This document shows positions 18,555 to 27,639 of a stretch of 64,000 bases of DNA, piece by piece. How positions within the stretch are numbered: the stretch's first letter is position 1; the number at the start of each line of letters is the position of its first letter. The stretch is from an uncultured Actinomycetota bacterium (GTDB lineage: Bacteria; Actinomycetota; UBA4738; HRBIN12), in the NCBI GenBank assembly GCA_963711655.1, contig CAVQEW010000015.1:241050-305049 (forward strand). Direction: 5' to 3'. Both the position numbers and the translations under genes were made by a program. The notes under the pieces are model-generated. The model was not told the origin of the DNA. It saw nothing but the letters and a program-made list of their open reading frames with translations, and ran no database searches.

Positions 18555-19598
18555 CTACCGGAGCCAGGTCTGGATGATCACCTTGAGGAAGTTCCAGCCG
18601 TAGCGCAGCGACTTCGGCTTCTTCGACTCGCCGCCCGCCCGGGCCAGGAAGGTCACGGGCACCTCGACCACGCGGGCCCGGTGGCGGAGCGCTTCGATCA
18701 GGATCTCGCTCGTCCAGAACTGATCCTGCTTGAGCACCACCTTCTCGAGGAGGTCGGCCCGAGCCGCGCGATAGCCGGATGACGGATCCGTGATCCGTTG
18801 CCCCGTGAGCAACGTGATGATCCGGGAGAAGAGGTGGACACCCAGGTGCCGGATCAGGCTCTCGCGCTCGAACGACCCGAGCAACCGGGATCCGTTCACG
18901 TAGTCCGCCTCGCCGGCGAGGATCGGGGCGATCATCACGGAGATCTCCTCGGGGAGGTGCTGCCCGTCGGCGTCCAGCGTGACCACCATCTCCGCGCCGA
19001 GGCGGAGCGCGACGTCGTAGCCCACGCGGAGGGCCAAGCCGCCGCCCCGACGGATCGGCAGCTCCGCGACGAACGCTCCCGCTTCCCGTGCGACGGTCGC
19101 GGTGCCGTCGGTCGACGCATCGCTCACCACCACCGGGATCACGTGGTGGCCCTCGATCATCGCGGGGATCTGCTTGATCACCGCGGCGACGTTCTCGGCC
19201 TCGTTGAACGCGGGGGAGACCGTCACGAGCCGGGGACCCTCCGGGAGGTTCCGTGCGCGGTCCCAATCGAACCGTTCCTGGCCGAGCGCCTCGACGAGCA
19301 GCCGGATGCTCCGCTCGTTCGTGTCGGCGGTGGTCTGCGCGCGCAGGTACAGGAAGAACAACACGAAGACGGCCATCAGGAGCGCGAAGACCACACCGTC
19401 GGTGCCGCGTTCGAAGTCGAACGTTCGGAGCACTGGGTCGAACAGCGGCGGGTAGATCGCGAGGGCGACCACCGACGCGCAGAGCGCGAACAGGATGATG
19501 AGGTTCAGCCGGCTGATCTGGCGACGGTCGTGCCCTCGGATCGCGAGGACGAACAACGCCGCCGCGCCGAGGCCCGCCAGGATCCGGATCGCGGACAT
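18555..19598 (-). CDS. GT2 glycosyltransferase of the polyprenyl/dolichyl-phosphate sugar synthase type, with an N-terminal ~100-aa three-helix membrane extension
   Basis: 347 aa. The N-terminus has AGLGAAALFVLAI, LIILFALCASVVALAIY and GVVFALLMAVFVLFFLYL. The GT-A core follows: VSPAFNEAENV...VVVSDASTDGT...VTLDADGQH...YVNGSR...DPSSGYRA. Confidence 0.8.
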   Translation of the reverse strand: MSAIRILAGLGAAALFVLAIRGHDRRQISRLNLIILFALCASVVALAIYPPLFDPVLRTFDFERGTDGVVFALLMAVFVLFFLYLRAQTTADTNERSIRLLVEALGQERFDWDRARNLPEGPRLVTVSPAFNEAENVAAVIKQIPAMIEGHHVIPVVVSDASTDGTATVAREAGAFVAELPIRRGGGLALRVGYDVALRLGAEMVVTLDADGQHLPEEISVMIAPILAGEADYVNGSRLLGSFERESLIRHLGVHLFSRIITLLTGQRITDPSSGYRAARADLLEKVVLKQDQFWTSEILIEALRHRARVVEVPVTFLARAGGESKKPKSLRYGWNFLKVIIQTWLR

Positions 19599-19601
19599 CG
19601 G

Positions 19602-20777
19602 CTACGTCGAGGGCACCTCGGCCCCGGCACGCCACCGATCTCGCGGCAGGATGGCGTCGGTGATCACGCGATCCTTGTACCGCTCGATCACGCCGAACAT
19701 CGACTCGACGAGGGTGTCCGAAAGGAGGTGCGGTTCCAAGCCCAGGTCGAGCAACTTGGTGTGCTTGGCGTTGTAGTAGTGCTCCTCCAGCTCGATGCGG
19801 GGGTTCTCGATGGACTCGATGTGGACATCGAGTCCGTGTTCCCGTCCGGCTCGCTGCACGATCTCGGCCAGCTCCTGCACCGAGAACTGCTCCGTGAACT
19901 GGTTGAACACGCGGAACTCGCCGCGATCGGCCGGGTTCAGGACCGCGAGCTCCACGCAGCGGAGGGTGTCGACGATGTTCAGGTAGCCGCGGGTCTGGCC
20001 GCCCTTCCCGTAGACCGTGAGCGGGTGGCCGATCATCGCCTGGACACAGAAGCGGTTCAGGGCGGTCCCGAACACGTCGTCGTAGTCGAACCGGGTCGCG
20101 AGACGGTCGTCGAGCTTCGTGTGCTCCGTCTCGATCCCGTAGACCACTCCCTGGTTCAGGTCGGTCGCCCGGATCCCCCACATCCGACAGGCGAAGTGGA
20201 TGTTGTTCGAGTCGTGCACCTTCGACAGGTGGTACAGGCTGCCCGGGAGCTTCGGGAAGAGGATCGTCTCCTTCCTCCCGTTGTGCTCGATCTCGAGGTA
20301 GCCCTCCTCGATGTCGATGTTCGGCGTGCCGTACTCGCCCATCGTGCCGAGCTTCACGAGATGGGAGTCGGGAGCGAGGTCGCGCATCGCCCACAGGACG
20401 TTCAGCGTGTTGATCACGTTGTTCTCTTGGGTGAAGACCGCGTGGTCGCGATCGCGCATCGAGTACGGAGCCGAGGGCATCTCCCCGTAGTGCACGATCG
20501 CTTCCGGCCGGAAGGTCTCGAACAGGTCGGTGGTCAGGTCCCAGTCGACCAGGTCGCCCTCGGTGACGCCGATCTCCTTCCCGGAGATCTCCTTCCACGC
20601 CGTGGCCCGCTCCGGCAGCGAGCCGAGGATCGGAACCAACGTGTCGGTGCCGACTTCCTCGTGCGCGCGCCGCCGCAGGTAGTTGTCGACGACGTGGACC
20701 TCGTGGCCACCGTCGGAGAACCGCATCGCGGTCGGCCACCCGAGGTATCCGTCGCCACCCAGGATCAGGATTCGCAT
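19602..20777 (-). CDS. sqdB: UDP-sulfoquinovose synthase (SQD1/SqdB/Agl3 type)
   Basis: 391 aa. It is colinear with plant SQD1 as I remember it. Shared strings are ILGGDGYLGW, SAPYSM, HLVKLGTMGEYGTPNIDIEEGY, LYHLSKVHDS, WGIRATDLNQGVVYG, FGTALNRFCVQA, GHPLTVYGKGGQTRGYL, EFRVFNQFTEQFSV and EEHYYNAKHTKLLDLGLEPH. Confidence 0.93.
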   Translation of the reverse strand: MRILILGGDGYLGWPTAMRFSDGGHEVHVVDNYLRRRAHEEVGTDTLVPILGSLPERATAWKEISGKEIGVTEGDLVDWDLTTDLFETFRPEAIVHYGEMPSAPYSMRDRDHAVFTQENNVINTLNVLWAMRDLAPDSHLVKLGTMGEYGTPNIDIEEGYLEIEHNGRKETILFPKLPGSLYHLSKVHDSNNIHFACRMWGIRATDLNQGVVYGIETEHTKLDDRLATRFDYDDVFGTALNRFCVQAMIGHPLTVYGKGGQTRGYLNIVDTLRCVELAVLNPADRGEFRVFNQFTEQFSVQELAEIVQRAGREHGLDVHIESIENPRIELEEHYYNAKHTKLLDLGLEPHLLSDTLVESMFGVIERYKDRVITDAILPRDRWRAGAEVPST

Positions 20778-20820
20778 GTCGTGAGGTTCCTTTCAGAGGG
20801 ATCAGCGGTGTGAGACCGGC

Positions 20821-22687
20821 TCATCCTACAGGCGACCCCTCTGCGCCTGCCCTCCATCGACCCCCGGATGCGGTGCGAGCGAGGAGGAAGGAGGCCCACC
20901 CGGCGGTGGCGGTCGCGAGCACCACCCCGATCCCGCCCCAGCCGCCGAGCGGGACGCCGACGCGGCTCGCGGCCGTCCCGCTCAGGACGAGCGTGGCGAC
21001 GCCGAACGCGGGCGCGAGCCCGAACGCCGCCGGCCGGGAACCGTCGAGCAACGTCAAGGCCCATCCGCCGCCGGCGACCGTCAGCACGACGAGCCCGAGG
21101 CCGGTCACGGTCAACAGATCGACCCAGCCGGAACCGAACGGCGGTGGTGGCTCGAACGTCGGAGACGGTTCGGGCCCGTCGATGACCGCGACGCCGGGCC
21201 CAAGCTCCATCACCCCTTCCGTCTCGATCTGCCCCGGGGGACCGATCTGGATCACGATCGGGTCTCGACGCAGGACGCGTCGAGGATCCGGCCACGCCGC
21301 GGCCCACCACTTCTGCGCGACGGCCGTGAGCCTGGGTCGGCTCGGGTCGTCGACCGGACCGGCCGCGGCCAGGTCGTGCGGACGTCCCACGAAGACCCAC
21401 GTATCCGTGATGAGGTCGGGAGGGACGACCGATCGCGCGATCCGGTCGAGGAGGCGCGGGTTGCCCTGCGTCAAGAAGATCACCGGCCGGCCGGCACGGG
21501 AGATGCCCTCCAGGTAGCGGCCGGCGATCCGTGCCTGCGTCACCCGCTTCGTGATCGAGGCCGCCGCGCCCTCGTCGAACGACGAGACCGACGACCCGCT
21601 CGCCCAGAGCAGTCCGCCCGCGAGGAGCAGGGCTCCGAGCAGCGCTCCCGCTCGACCGAGGCGGTCTGCCGCCACCCTCGTGATCGTCACGAGGGCGAGG
21701 GTCGCGAGCGCGGGGATCCCCAGCGCGAACGGAGCCACGCGGAAGAGCTTCATCGGCGTGGGGAGGACGGCCGAGACTGCCATCGCGATCGGCACGGTCG
21801 CGGCCCACAGGCCGAGGAGGACCAGCGCGGCCCGGCGAGAACCGTTCGAGCGCCGGAACGTCAGCGCGAAGCCCAGGACCGCGAGCGGGAGGACCAAGGG
21901 GAGCTCGTAGGCGCCCAGGCGGAGCAGGTTCCCTCGGTCGCCGGTCGCCGGCGGCACCCGGTGGGGAAGGGCGGGCAAGAGCACCAGCGTGATGACCGCG
22001 GCTCCCGCGGCGACGAGCGCGACACGCAGGAGCCTGCCGGACGGCGTGTCTCCCCATGCGGTGCCCGCGCGGCGGCCGCGCAGGGAACCCGGGAAGAGCG
22101 CGAGGGCCACGCCGAGCAGCAGGAGCAGGAAGAGCCCGGCGAACACCCAGTGGGTGGCCGCCGCGGCGGCGAACAGCACACCGACGGCGACGGCTCCCCT
22201 CCGCCCGGCCGCCACGAGGGCCGCGACCGCGGCGGCCGCCACGAGGAGGACGTCCACGAGCAGTTGGTCGAGGCTCCCGACCGCGGTCCCCACGACGGCC
22301 GCGGACGCGCCGAGACCGACGAGGAACGCCGGGAACGCCCACCGAGGTTCGCGGAGCGCGCCCAGGGCCATCGCGCCGGCCGCAAGTCCGATCGCGACCG
22401 ACGCGATCGCGCGCACGGTCACGGCGAACGTCAGGGCATCGGTCCCGGTCACGGCACCGAGCAGCGAGCCGAGCACCGGCACGCCCGGTCGTTCCGGGAC
22501 GGCGCCGGTCGGGATCGTGGTGAGGACGTCGACGCCGGTCGCCGTGACCGCGCGGGTGCGCCACACGTAGTACGGGCGTGTCGTAGGACAGACCCGGCGC
22601 CTCCTCGCCGCCGTACGGGAGCAGGAGGAGGACGGCCACGAACCCGATCGCGAGAGCGGTGAGGACGGCAGCGACCGGCGCTTTCAT
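20821..22687 (-). pseudogene. large polytopic membrane protein (possible GT-C-like glycan transferase/polymerase); one +1 frameshift near the 5' end as sequenced
   Basis: The N-terminus MKAPVAAVLTALAIGFVAVLLLLPYGGEEAPGLSYDTP lies in the ORF 20765..22687 frame. The protein continues YYVWRTRAVTATGVD... in ORF 20821..22566, with the junction at the CCC run 22574-22576. It has more than 10 hydrophobic helices, a roughly 150-aa soluble region (ITKRVTQARIAGRYLEG...IFLTQGNPRLLDR...TWVFVG) and further TM helices at the C-terminus. Confidence 0.6.
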
Positions 22688-22723
22688 CGGCCCGACGACC
22701 TCCGCGGTCGCACGCCCGCGTCG

Positions 22724-23974
22724 CTAGCCGAGCTCGCCGAGAGCCGCCAGCACCCGATCCACCTCGTCCGCCGAGTGGTAGTGACAGAAGCCCACGCGCA
22801 CCGCTCCGCCGGTCTCGAGGAGGCCCAGCCGGACCATGATCTCGCGGGCGTAGTAGTCGCCGTCCCAGACGGAGATGCCGCGCGCAGCCAATGCCTTCGC
22901 CGTCTCGGCCGGATGCTCGTCGCCGACCCTGATCGCGAACGTCGGCGTGCGCTCACCGGTGCGATCGCGGTCGGCGATGCCCCAGAGTCGGACGGCGGGC
23001 AGCGTCGCCACGCCGGCGAGGAACCGGTCGGCGAGCATCTGTTCGTGCGCGGAGATCGCGTCGTAGGAGGCGGCGAGTCGATCTCGACGCGAGGCGCCGG
23101 CGGCGCCCGAGAGCCCGGCGAGGTAGTCCACCGCCGCGACGAGTCCCGCGAGGCCCTCGTGGTTCTGGGTGCCGGTCTCCCATCGCTCGGGCACGTCGTC
23201 CGACGAGGGCACGAGCTTGTACGGCGCCCACTCCGCGAGCAGGTGCCGACGGGCCGCGAGGATCCCGAGATGCGGCCCGAAGAACTTGTACGGCGAGCAC
23301 ACGAGGAGGTCCGCGCCGATCCCGTGGAGGTCGGGGAGGCGATGCTGCGCCAGATGCACGCCGTCCACCGCGACGAGGGCACCGACCTCCTTCGCTCGCG
23401 TCACCAGGTCGGCGGCCGGAGGGATCGTGCCCACCGCGTTGGACGCGAGCGTGAACGCGACGAGCTTCGTCCGCGGCGACAGAGCCGCGTCGAACGACCC
23501 GACGTCGATCGTGACGTCGTCGTCGTGCACGTCCACCCAGCGTACGGTGGCGCCGGCGTCGGCCGCGGCGAGCACCCACGGACGGACGTTCGCGTCATGG
23601 TCCAGCCGGGTCACGACCACCTCGTCCCCCGGACCCAGGGTCTTGGCGAAGGACCGGGAGACGTGCAACAGCAGGGTCGTCGCGTTGGGGCCGAAGACGA
23701 TCTCGTCTTGATCGGCGCCCGTGAAGTCGGCGGCGGCTCGCCGCGCGTCCGCGATCACCGTGTCGGTCTCCTGGCTCGTCGCGAACGCGCCGTGGGTGTT
23801 GCTCATGCCCCGTCGGTAATGACGAGCGACGGCCTCGATCACGTCGTACGGCACCTGGGAACCGCCGGGGGCATCGACCAGCACCGCAGGGCGCCCGTCA
23901 TCACCGAGACGGGCGAGTGCGGGGAAGCGGGCGCGGACGGCGGCAAGGTCGAACACGGACACAGGCTCCCCCAC
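22724..23974 (-). CDS. class V aminotransferase, cysteine-desulfurase-like protein
   Basis: 416 aa. RARFPAL...APGGSQVP...NTHGAFATS...IVFGPNATT...VTRLDHDANVRPW...FTLASNAVGT...AVDGVHLAQH...LVCSPYKFFGPHLG (PLP-lysine context) is the SufS/CsdA-like pattern. Confidence 0.75.
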   Translation of the reverse strand: MGEPVSVFDLAAVRARFPALARLGDDGRPAVLVDAPGGSQVPYDVIEAVARHYRRGMSNTHGAFATSQETDTVIADARRAAADFTGADQDEIVFGPNATTLLLHVSRSFAKTLGPGDEVVVTRLDHDANVRPWVLAAADAGATVRWVDVHDDDVTIDVGSFDAALSPRTKLVAFTLASNAVGTIPPAADLVTRAKEVGALVAVDGVHLAQHRLPDLHGIGADLLVCSPYKFFGPHLGILAARRHLLAEWAPYKLVPSSDDVPERWETGTQNHEGLAGLVAAVDYLAGLSGAAGASRRDRLAASYDAISAHEQMLADRFLAGVATLPAVRLWGIADRDRTGERTPTFAIRVGDEHPAETAKALAARGISVWDGDYYAREIMVRLGLLETGGAVRVGFCHYHSADEVDRVLAALGELG

Positions 23975-23999
23975 CGCGTCGTTCCCGGCAACCCCGCGA

Positions 24000-25976
24000 T
24001 CAACCTCGGGCGGCGGAGCCCTCCTGCACCTGTTCCACCATGGGCCCGAGCAGCCGGAGGAGGGTGTCGATCACGAGCTCCTCGCCGGCACCCTTGTAGT
24101 GCGTGCCGTCGGGGCGAGCGGGGACGCCGTCGATCCGATCGTCGCACGGAGCCACGTCCGTCGTGCAGATCACGTCGGTCACGCTGATGAACCGGACCGT
24201 GTCCGGATGGCGTTCCGCGAAACGGCGCATGGTCGTGTTCCACCGAGACGTGACGTCCTCGTAGTGATCGAGCTGGAACCGGACCCAGCTCGGACATCGA
24301 GACGACGTGCACCTCACCCTGCCGATCGCCGTGCCCGGTGGCTCGGTGGCGACGAAGACGAGCGTCGCCCCGGCCGCGGTGAGCCGGTCCACCGCCTCGC
24401 GCAAGCTTCGGCGACGGGCCTCCCAGAACGATCTGGTCCCCGACCGCACGAACTCGCCCGATGTGGTGATGAAGTGGGAGACGGACCAGCGATCCCACCA
24501 CACGACGAGGTCCGGATCCGACTCCTGGATGATCCGGTCCTGATCCTCCACGATCTGCGCGGAGCAGGGATCCGCCTTGTCCATCGGCCGCCCATCCGGC
24601 CTGGCCGTCGTCTCGCCCGTCACCGAGCAGGCCCCGGCGGTCGCGGAGAGCAGTCGCCACCCACGATCGGACATCGCCCGCTCCAACGGGACCGTCAGTT
24701 GGAGCGGCACCGAGTCGCCCACCACCAGCAGCGAGGGCACCGACGGGGAGATCTCGGGGATCCGGGTCGCCGCCATCGAGATGCAGGCGACGGTCACGAG
24801 GGACACGGGGATCGCGGCGAGCGTGATACGTCGCCTGGTGATCCGATGAGCCGGCGAGGTCGTCGCGCCGACCCCTCCTCGGCGGATCGGCTGCTCCACG
24901 ACGCGATACGAAAGGGCCGCGACCCCGAACGTGAGCGCGATCACCCCGAGCTGGCGAGCGAGCATGAACGAGCTGTCGGCCTGCCGTGCCCCCAGCCACA
25001 GGGTGAGCGGCCAGTGCCAGAGGTAGGCGCCGTAGGAGACGGCCCCGATCCAGGCGATCGGCGCCCACGCGAGGACGCGGCGCACGGGGCCTCCGCGCCC
25101 CACCCAGAGAGGCCCGAGGATCATCAGCGTCGAGATCGCCACCAGGACCGCTCCGCCTCGGTAGTAGCTCGACGGGCTGGCCGCGACCACGACGATCCCC
25201 GCGAAGAGTCCGACGATCCCGATACCGAGAACCGCGTCACCGCGACGCTCGAGCCATGTCCGGAACGCCCGAGTCGCGACGAGGGAAGCTCCTGCGGCCC
25301 CGATCAGTGGTTCGAAGATCCGCGCATCGGTCCCCATGTACGCACGCTCGACGCTTCCCGGACTCCAGAGGAGCCACAGCAGGCCGATCGAGATCGCCGA
25401 CCCGATGACCGCGAACACCCCCACGGCGACCCGGGGCCGTCTCCACGCGGCCGCGAGCCCGAACACGAGCAACGGCCACAGCAGGTAGAACTGTTCCTCG
25501 ATCGCGAGCGACCACGTGTGCTCGAGTGGTGAGTCGACACCGATGTCGACGAAATAGCTCGACGTGTCGATGAAGTGCCAGTTGGCGACATAGCCGGCGG
25601 TCGCGAGGAGGTCGCCGCGCACCGACGCGCGCTCCGTGAAGGTCCCCTCGAGCCAGGTCACGGTGGCGACCACCAGGAGCAGGACCACGAGGGCGGGCAA
25701 GAGTCGTCTCGCTCGTCTCGCCCAGAACTCCGGAAGTGAGATCCGTCCGGTCCGCTCGTGCTCGGAGAGGAGCAACGTCGTGATCAAGAACCCGGAGAGC
25801 ACGAAGAAGACGTCCACGCCGAAGAATCCCGCGGAGAAGCCGGGGAATCGCAGGTGGTAGAACAGGACCAGGATCACCGCGACGGCGCGCATGCCATCCA
25901 GTGCTCGCACGTGACCGCCGTTCGGGGCTTCGCGAGGAGCGACGCCTCGGGAGTTGCGTTCCGGTGACACGTCCAT
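24000..25976 (-). CDS. acyltransferase-3 (AT3, OafA/YrhL-like) membrane domain fused to a C-terminal SGNH domain
   Basis: 658 aa. ALDGMRAVAVILVLFYHLRFPGF...GVDVFFVLSGFLIT...TWSLAIEEQFYLLWP is the AT3 N-terminus. About 10 TM helices follow, then LLVVGDSVPLQL...DLVVWWDRWS...ARPDGTHY (SGNH-like). Confidence 0.85.
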   Translation of the reverse strand: MDVSPERNSRGVAPREAPNGGHVRALDGMRAVAVILVLFYHLRFPGFSAGFFGVDVFFVLSGFLITTLLLSEHERTGRISLPEFWARRARRLLPALVVLLLVVATVTWLEGTFTERASVRGDLLATAGYVANWHFIDTSSYFVDIGVDSPLEHTWSLAIEEQFYLLWPLLVFGLAAAWRRPRVAVGVFAVIGSAISIGLLWLLWSPGSVERAYMGTDARIFEPLIGAAGASLVATRAFRTWLERRGDAVLGIGIVGLFAGIVVVAASPSSYYRGGAVLVAISTLMILGPLWVGRGGPVRRVLAWAPIAWIGAVSYGAYLWHWPLTLWLGARQADSSFMLARQLGVIALTFGVAALSYRVVEQPIRRGGVGATTSPAHRITRRRITLAAIPVSLVTVACISMAATRIPEISPSVPSLLVVGDSVPLQLTVPLERAMSDRGWRLLSATAGACSVTGETTARPDGRPMDKADPCSAQIVEDQDRIIQESDPDLVVWWDRWSVSHFITTSGEFVRSGTRSFWEARRRSLREAVDRLTAAGATLVFVATEPPGTAIGRVRCTSSRCPSWVRFQLDHYEDVTSRWNTTMRRFAERHPDTVRFISVTDVICTTDVAPCDDRIDGVPARPDGTHYKGAGEELVIDTLLRLLGPMVEQVQEGSAARG

Positions 25977-26037
25977 CAGCCTGACCCGTCCATCGAGAGA
26001 CGTCGAGAACCCTCGTCGATCCCGACGAGGTGACAGC

Positions 26038-26676
26038 TTAGGGGGTGCTGCCCTCGCGGATATCCCGCGGATCGAGGTCCCATCCGTCGAGCAACTCGGG
26101 CATCGGCCATCGGGGGTCCGGCCGCCAGTCCTCCCAGTCCCGGTCGAACGGAGCCTGCCTCGAGACGACGCGATCCACCGCCCGCTCGCCCCAGGCCCGG
26201 AAGTCCGCTGCCTCCGCCTGGGTGAAGAGCCCCTGTCGGACCGCTTGGGCGAGCTCGTCCTCGTCCTTCCAACGCCACGAGCGACGGTCGAGCTCGACGA
26301 GGACGTCCAAGGCGTGGTCGACCGTGTCGAAGCCGATCGGCGTGCGCGTGAGGGGATCCTGGAGGTTCACGTACCAGACGCGCCGGCCGGCCTCATCGGC
26401 CCACAAGAGGACGGAATACGGCGTGTCCGGCCACGCGAAGGAAAGGATCGGCCGGTCGCCTCGGGGCAGGACCTCGAGGTGCCAGGGGCGGTCGGGCAGC
26501 CGCAGCTCGCGCCCGTCGGCGCCGATCGGGACGCCGCAGCGAACCCCGCCAGGCAGCAGCAGGATCGTGCGGTCGGACCCATCCTCGACGACGGTCGTCG
26601 GCCGAGCCTCGAACACTCGACCCTGCCAGACCTCTCGCAGGACGATGGCTTCCCCGGGCTCGTAGACCACGGGCAC
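26038..26676 (-). CDS. DUF402-family protein (FomD / nucleoside phosphatase-like fold)
   Basis: 212 aa. IVLREVWQGRVFEARP...WYVNLQDPLTRTPIGFDTVDHALDVLVELDRRSWRWKDEDEL follows the DUF402 pattern as I remember it. Confidence 0.6.
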   Translation of the reverse strand: MPVVYEPGEAIVLREVWQGRVFEARPTTVVEDGSDRTILLLPGGVRCGVPIGADGRELRLPDRPWHLEVLPRGDRPILSFAWPDTPYSVLLWADEAGRRVWYVNLQDPLTRTPIGFDTVDHALDVLVELDRRSWRWKDEDELAQAVRQGLFTQAEAADFRAWGERAVDRVVSRQAPFDRDWEDWRPDPRWPMPELLDGWDLDPRDIREGSTP

Positions 26677-26741
26677 ACGCTATCGCCGCTCGGCTGGACT
26701 CCGGCCCCTTCCCGTAGCATCTCGCACGCGCTGTTGAGGCG

Positions 26742-27614
26742 GTGAGTGAGTTGCGTAGGGAGCAATTGATCGGAGTGGGCATCGGGGCTCTGCTGATCGT
26801 CGGCGTGATGGTGACGCTGTACACCCTCGATGCGGAGACTCCGCTGGCGCGAACGCGAGGACGGACGCCCGCGACCGTCCCATCCCAAGACCTGACCGTG
26901 CTCATCGCCGGGGACTCGGTGCCGTTGCATCTGGTCGACACGCTGGGCGTCGTGCTCGAGGACACCCTCGGGGCCGATCTCGTCTCCGCGGCCGTCCCCG
27001 TCTGCTCGATGTACGGCGATCCGCTCGCCTGGCCCACCGGCGAGCCCAAGGGCGCCGACCCGGACCGCTGTCCGGGACTCGTCGGTCCGACCCAGACCGC
27101 GATGATCCTCGAGCACGATCCCGATGTCGTGATCTGGTGGGATCGGTTGTCGACGATGCCGATCCTCACGCCCGACCGCGAGTTCGTCATGTCGGGCACC
27201 GATCGCTTCTGGGAGCTCCGAGCCGCTGCGTTCGACGAGACGTTGGCTCGGGTGCGAGCCGGCGGCGCGATGGTGGTCTTCGTATCCACCGAACCTATCG
27301 GGATCGGGTTCGTGGAACGCTGCGCGGGGGACACGAGCCGGAACTGTGCCTGGAGACGTTTCCGCATGCGTCGCTACGACGACGTGACGCAGCCGCACAA
27401 CCGCATGTTGCGTCGGTACGCTGCCGACCATCCGGACGAGGCCGTATTCATCACGATCACGGATACGATCTGTCGTTGGAACGTCTCTCCCTGTAACGAT
27501 CGGATGTGGAACGGCGCGTTGGCCCGTCCCGATGGAACCCATTACGAGGGTCGGGGCGAGCTCCGCGCGGCGAGGGCGATCGTCCGGGATATGCGAGCCG
27601 CCCTCTACGGATAG
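26742..27614 (+). CDS. membrane-anchored SGNH/GDSL-like hydrolase, paralogous to the C-terminal domain of the AT3 protein
   Basis: 290 aa. It has an N-terminal TM (IGVGIGALLIVGVMVTLY), then VLIAGDSVPLHLVDTLG...DVVIWWDRLS...CAWRRFRMRRYDDV...ARPDGTHYEG. The order of motifs is the same as residues ~430-650 of ORF 24000..25976. Confidence 0.7.
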   Translation: MSELRREQLIGVGIGALLIVGVMVTLYTLDAETPLARTRGRTPATVPSQDLTVLIAGDSVPLHLVDTLGVVLEDTLGADLVSAAVPVCSMYGDPLAWPTGEPKGADPDRCPGLVGPTQTAMILEHDPDVVIWWDRLSTMPILTPDREFVMSGTDRFWELRAAAFDETLARVRAGGAMVVFVSTEPIGIGFVERCAGDTSRNCAWRRFRMRRYDDVTQPHNRMLRRYAADHPDEAVFITITDTICRWNVSPCNDRMWNGALARPDGTHYEGRGELRAARAIVRDMRAALYG

Positions 27615-27639
27615 CGAGCCGCCGCCCGATCCGCCCGTC

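Noticed and set aside
17404-20739. The 1111-aa minus-strand ORF, plus similar long shadow ORFs: 52269..55535, 32463..34613, 15864..17948, 13746..15527, 7801..9186, 42766..43752 and 44153..45388.
   Set aside because: These ORFs are off-frame or antisense to genes with clear family motifs. They are extremely Arg/Pro/Gly/Asp-rich and show no recognisable domains. Long stop-free shadow frames are expected at this GC content.
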